Below, piece after piece: positions 59,670 to 64,000 of a stretch of 64,000 nt of DNA; position 1 is the stretch's first letter, and the number at the start of each line of letters is the position of its first letter. The position numbers and the translations under genes were made by a program. Origin of the DNA: the human T2T-CHM13v2.0 reference genome, Homo sapiens. The stretch is taken from the NCBI RefSeq assembly GCF_009914755.1, contig NC_060942.1. One strand, written 5' to 3'. The notes below the pieces were generated by a model. The model saw nothing but the letters and a program-made list of their open reading frames with translations, did no database searches and was not told the DNA's origin.

Positions 59670-60228
59670 TTTTTTCTATTTTCTTTTTTTTTAATTATAC
59701 TTTAAGTTCTAGGATACATGTGCAGAACGTGCATGTTTGTTACATATGTATACATGTGCGATGGTGGTTTGCTGCATTCTTCAACCCATCATCTACATTA
59801 GGTATTTCTCCTAATGCTATCCTTCCCCTTGCCCCCCAACCCCCAACAGGCCCTGGTGTGTGATGTTCCTCTCCCTGTGTCCACTTGTTCTCATTGTTCA
59901 CCTCCCACTTATGAGTGAGAACATGCAGTGTTTGGTTTTCTCTTCCTGTGTTAGTTTGCTGAGAATGACGGTTTCCAGCTTCATCCATGTCCCTGCAAAG
60001 GACATGAACTCATCCTTTTTTATGGCTGCATAGTATTCCATGGTGTATATGTGCCACATTTTCTTTATCCAGTCTATCATTGATGGGCATTTGGGTTGGT
60101 TCCAAGTCTTTGCTATTGCAAATAGTGCTGCAATAAACATACATGTGCATGTGTCTTTATAGGAGCATGATTTATAATCCTTTGGGTATATATCCAGTAA
60201 TGGGATTGCTGGGTCAAATGATATTTCT
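59670..60228 (-). mobile_element. L1PA (L1PA7/8-like) 3' end, 5'-truncated
   Basis: ORF 59898-60140 is the ORF2p C-terminus (MFIAALFAIAKTWNQPKCPS...); followed by L1PA 3' UTR and T-tail. Confidence 0.93.
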
Positions 60229-61276
60229 AATGCCTCTTGCTCATGTTAGACTTTCTTTTGGCCATCAGTACACACCCTTGACCATACTATACATTTAGAT
60301 TAGTAAAATGTATGAAAATACATGAATAAATCAATGGTATAATTGATGACAATGGAGGCTCAGGAGGAATTTGTTGATTTTCTTCTGGCATTAGAAAAAT
60401 CATCCTCAGAGCCTATTATCATATTACATGTGAAGAATAACAAAGAGTTGGAATGCTTTATAAATAAGATTTATATATGTATATATTTCTTATATAAAAA
60501 TGTGTATATGTGTGTGTATATATATATATAAATTATATATATAAAATTTCAGGGACCTCTAAAGCAGTTCTTTGCATAACACTGTGTGACAGCTGGAGGA
60601 CTGGACATTCAAAGAATATACTTCAGATCCCAAATATTAAGACACCTTTCAATTCCAGGAATATCTACTCTGTATGAGACTGAGCTTGTTTGCAGGGACT
60701 CCCTTTCTCCACCCAACTCACAGATGACCTTCCTTGAAAGTGATTGTGAAGGAGACACAATCAGGACCTCATAGAGGACCTTGTGTTTGCTTTGTAACCA
60801 AATCTTGACTTTTTATTGATGTAGCCAATTTCATGTTAAAAAAGGTTGGGCTTTTACCCAATCTGTTACACTAATCATACTCATACATTCAGAGCAAGGT
60901 GCTTGAGAAGTAGACTCTTCTTTGGAGACAAATTGGGTCCCAGCCAAGGGAGGGCAGGTGGAGTCCTTTCTCTCTGACCTGGCTTGGAGAAACCATTGGT
61001 TTTAAGGGTCAGAGCCCTGCAGAGAAGGAGCCTGGGGGAGACCTGTGGTGTCTGGGACTTCTACTTCCTTACCCCACATTCCAGCTACTGCTTGTTCCTA
61101 AACACTTCTGCAAGAGTGAAAAGTCTCCTTAATTTATATTCTGGAAGTAGTATCATCTGGGGAAGACTGCTGAAGAAAAATAACACCACCATGAGCCTAA
61201 GCAGGGGTCAAGGATTTCTATTTTACAGAAGAGCTCAGGCCAATTTTGAAATGATTAGGAAACTGTTCTAGAGTAA

Positions 61277-61677
<401 letters not shown>

Positions 61678-62677
61678 CAGAAACAAAATTGTGCGGAATG
61701 ATATTTATCTTTACCATATATGATGTAGTCTGTTTGCGATTTTTTCTATTTTGTTAAAAAATTTTTTCTGGTTGTGACCCATTAATGGGTTGAAACCTCC
61801 AACTCAATAGATAATATGTTTCTAATGTCACCTTCAAGAGAGGTTATTGTAATGAGCAAACTTCTTCCATTTCGATTCTATCATTACACATTGTAACCAT
61901 CACTATTACTTTTTTCCCTGTGTCATTTAACCCCACTGAGAATTACTGGAAATTGTTCAGTCAATTTTTCTGCTTAACTACCATTCAAGCCAAGAATGTG
62001 GTATGTGACTCAGTGCGCATAGGCAAGAGTTTAGCTTTTCATTATTTTCAATAGAGTCTTACAGAAGTGGGAATGATTTACAAGTTTCAGTTTGTAGCAC
62101 ATGTCATGCTGTGGATCAAATGTATAAAATAGAAGAGAATTGAGGGAGGTTATCTGGAAGAATATTAGATATGACAAGTACTTTAGGTACTTATATTTCT
62201 AAGATCTCTGAGTCCTGGAATATTTAAAAGGACAAAAAAAGGAACAGTGTAAGGCTGATATAAAAATATTTTAAAACAATGAAATGATTCCTCAGGTATA
62301 CCATAGAAATTATTAAATGTTAAGTAAAGCTTAGAAGAAATCCTAGAAATGATATATTCCAAGGTAATCATGCTCATTTTCCTTTAGATTGGTACAGTAA
62401 AATAGAACAGCACACTCATGTTCCACTTCTTTGATTATCCTTTGTAAAATTCTATATTTCAAACTCCTAAGGAATGGCACTGACATTTTTGCAAGAGTAA
62501 ATATGCTTAAAAATTTGTTATGCAATGCATGGTAGACCTATTCAGGCTCAGATAATGTAAAATGAGAAATAAACTACACTTACAAAACCACTTTGGACTG
62601 GTCTCTAAAGCTAACCTTCTATTTAAATGCCTAATTTAGCTTCTTGCCATATATTAGTTTCTGCCAAATAATCTTGA

Positions 62678-63052
<375 letters not shown>

Positions 63053-63412
63053 TAAGAGTGATAGTAAGAGTAATAACATTCATGATACTTTCCATGTTTT
63101 AGAATTAGGCAACCACATAACCAGCTAAAAACAGCTCTTGATTCTAAATGGATTCCAGGTCCTATACATAATCCTTAACACCAACCATAAAACTAAGAAC
63201 AGAGCAGGTGTTTAAAAGCTAATAATTAATTGATAACTCCTGAAGATTTCATTGTAGAGATTTTGTTTTTTAAAATGACTAGAAAAGAAATATGGACAAG
63301 AAGAAGAGAGGCTATTGTTAATTTGGTTTTCATGAAAAACAACCCAAAGCTAAATAAAACATTTTATCTGTACATGTTATTCAATCACCAGACTGTAACT
63401 TTCCAGAAATAT

Positions 63413-63569
63413 TCTTTTCCTTTTTTTAATTTTTTCTTTTCTTTTTGTTTTTTGAGATAGGGTCTCACTCTGTCTCCCAGGCGGGTCTTGAACTCCTAGG
63501 CTCAAGCAATCCTACTGCCTCAGCCTCCCGAAGTGCTGGGATTGCAGGTATGAGCCACCATGCCTGGCC
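63413..63569 (-). mobile_element. FLAM / AluJ monomer
   Basis: Single Alu arm; TSD CCAGAAATATTCT. Confidence 0.85.
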
Positions 63570-64000
63570 CCAGAAATATTCTGAACGGTAAGTAGTAAGA
63601 ACATGTTTGTATATCAAAGTTACCAAACTAGAAATTCCTTTGACAGTATATAGGCAAAAAGTTTTCATTGTTTTCATAAGGAAATACTTCTAAAAGTGCC
63701 ATATTATCAGGAAGTTAATCAATCAATAATAAACTATAATGTTTTGATTAATTTTGGTGAAAATAGCTATAGTTTAAAAAAGACTAGTTTCATCAGCTAT
63801 AAAAATAATAAATTTCAGTAGGAAAAGTCCCACAGTTTCCACAGAACTCTGTAATAGGCCCGAGGGAACTCATGAAATAGAAAGAAAATAATAGAACTAA
63901 AAGCATAAAATCGGTACTTATTCCCAGCATAATTCATGATTTAGTAAAGAGGAAACATTGACTCGGAACACAATTTGAATGATGCTTAATAATCTGATGA

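Noticed and set aside
59898-60140. 80-aa ORF with clear protein-like sequence
   Set aside because: It is the L1 ORF2p C-terminus within a ~550-bp 5'-truncated L1PA.

Overview
Primate (human-type) genomic DNA containing the 5' end of PIEZO2 on the minus strand. The first coding exon is 26669-26732 (64 nt, MASEVVCGLIFRLLLPICLAV + phase-1 GT donor). It sits in a ~1.7 kb CpG island with a CCAAT/GC-box promoter at ~27740-27800. Everything left of 26669 is PIEZO2 intron 1; everything right of ~27800 is upstream DNA. Intron 1 holds a near-complete but coding-dead HERV-L provirus (5448-12088: MLT2A LTRs, tRNA-Leu PBS, gag-pro-RT-RNaseH-IN-dUTPase, PPT, 5-bp TSD) that is antisense to PIEZO2 and inserted into an L2, plus an older ERV-L gag fragment. 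Upstream are a solo MLT2A LTR pointing toward PIEZO2, a nested L1 cluster, MER5A/MER45/MER58 transposons, MIR/L2 fragments and microsatellites. About 22 Alus are spread across the window. I see no convincing wholly new biological system. The best leads are regulatory: a cluster of five uORFs in the PIEZO2 leader (one in frame, separated from the main ORF by a single TGA and followed by a G4 motif), a solo LTR with an intact splice donor that could act as an alternative PIEZO2 promoter, an RE1-like site in intron 1, possible divergent lncRNA splice signals and an Alu exonisation candidate. Repeat subfamily calls come from my recall of consensus sequences, and boundaries of old repeats are approximate.
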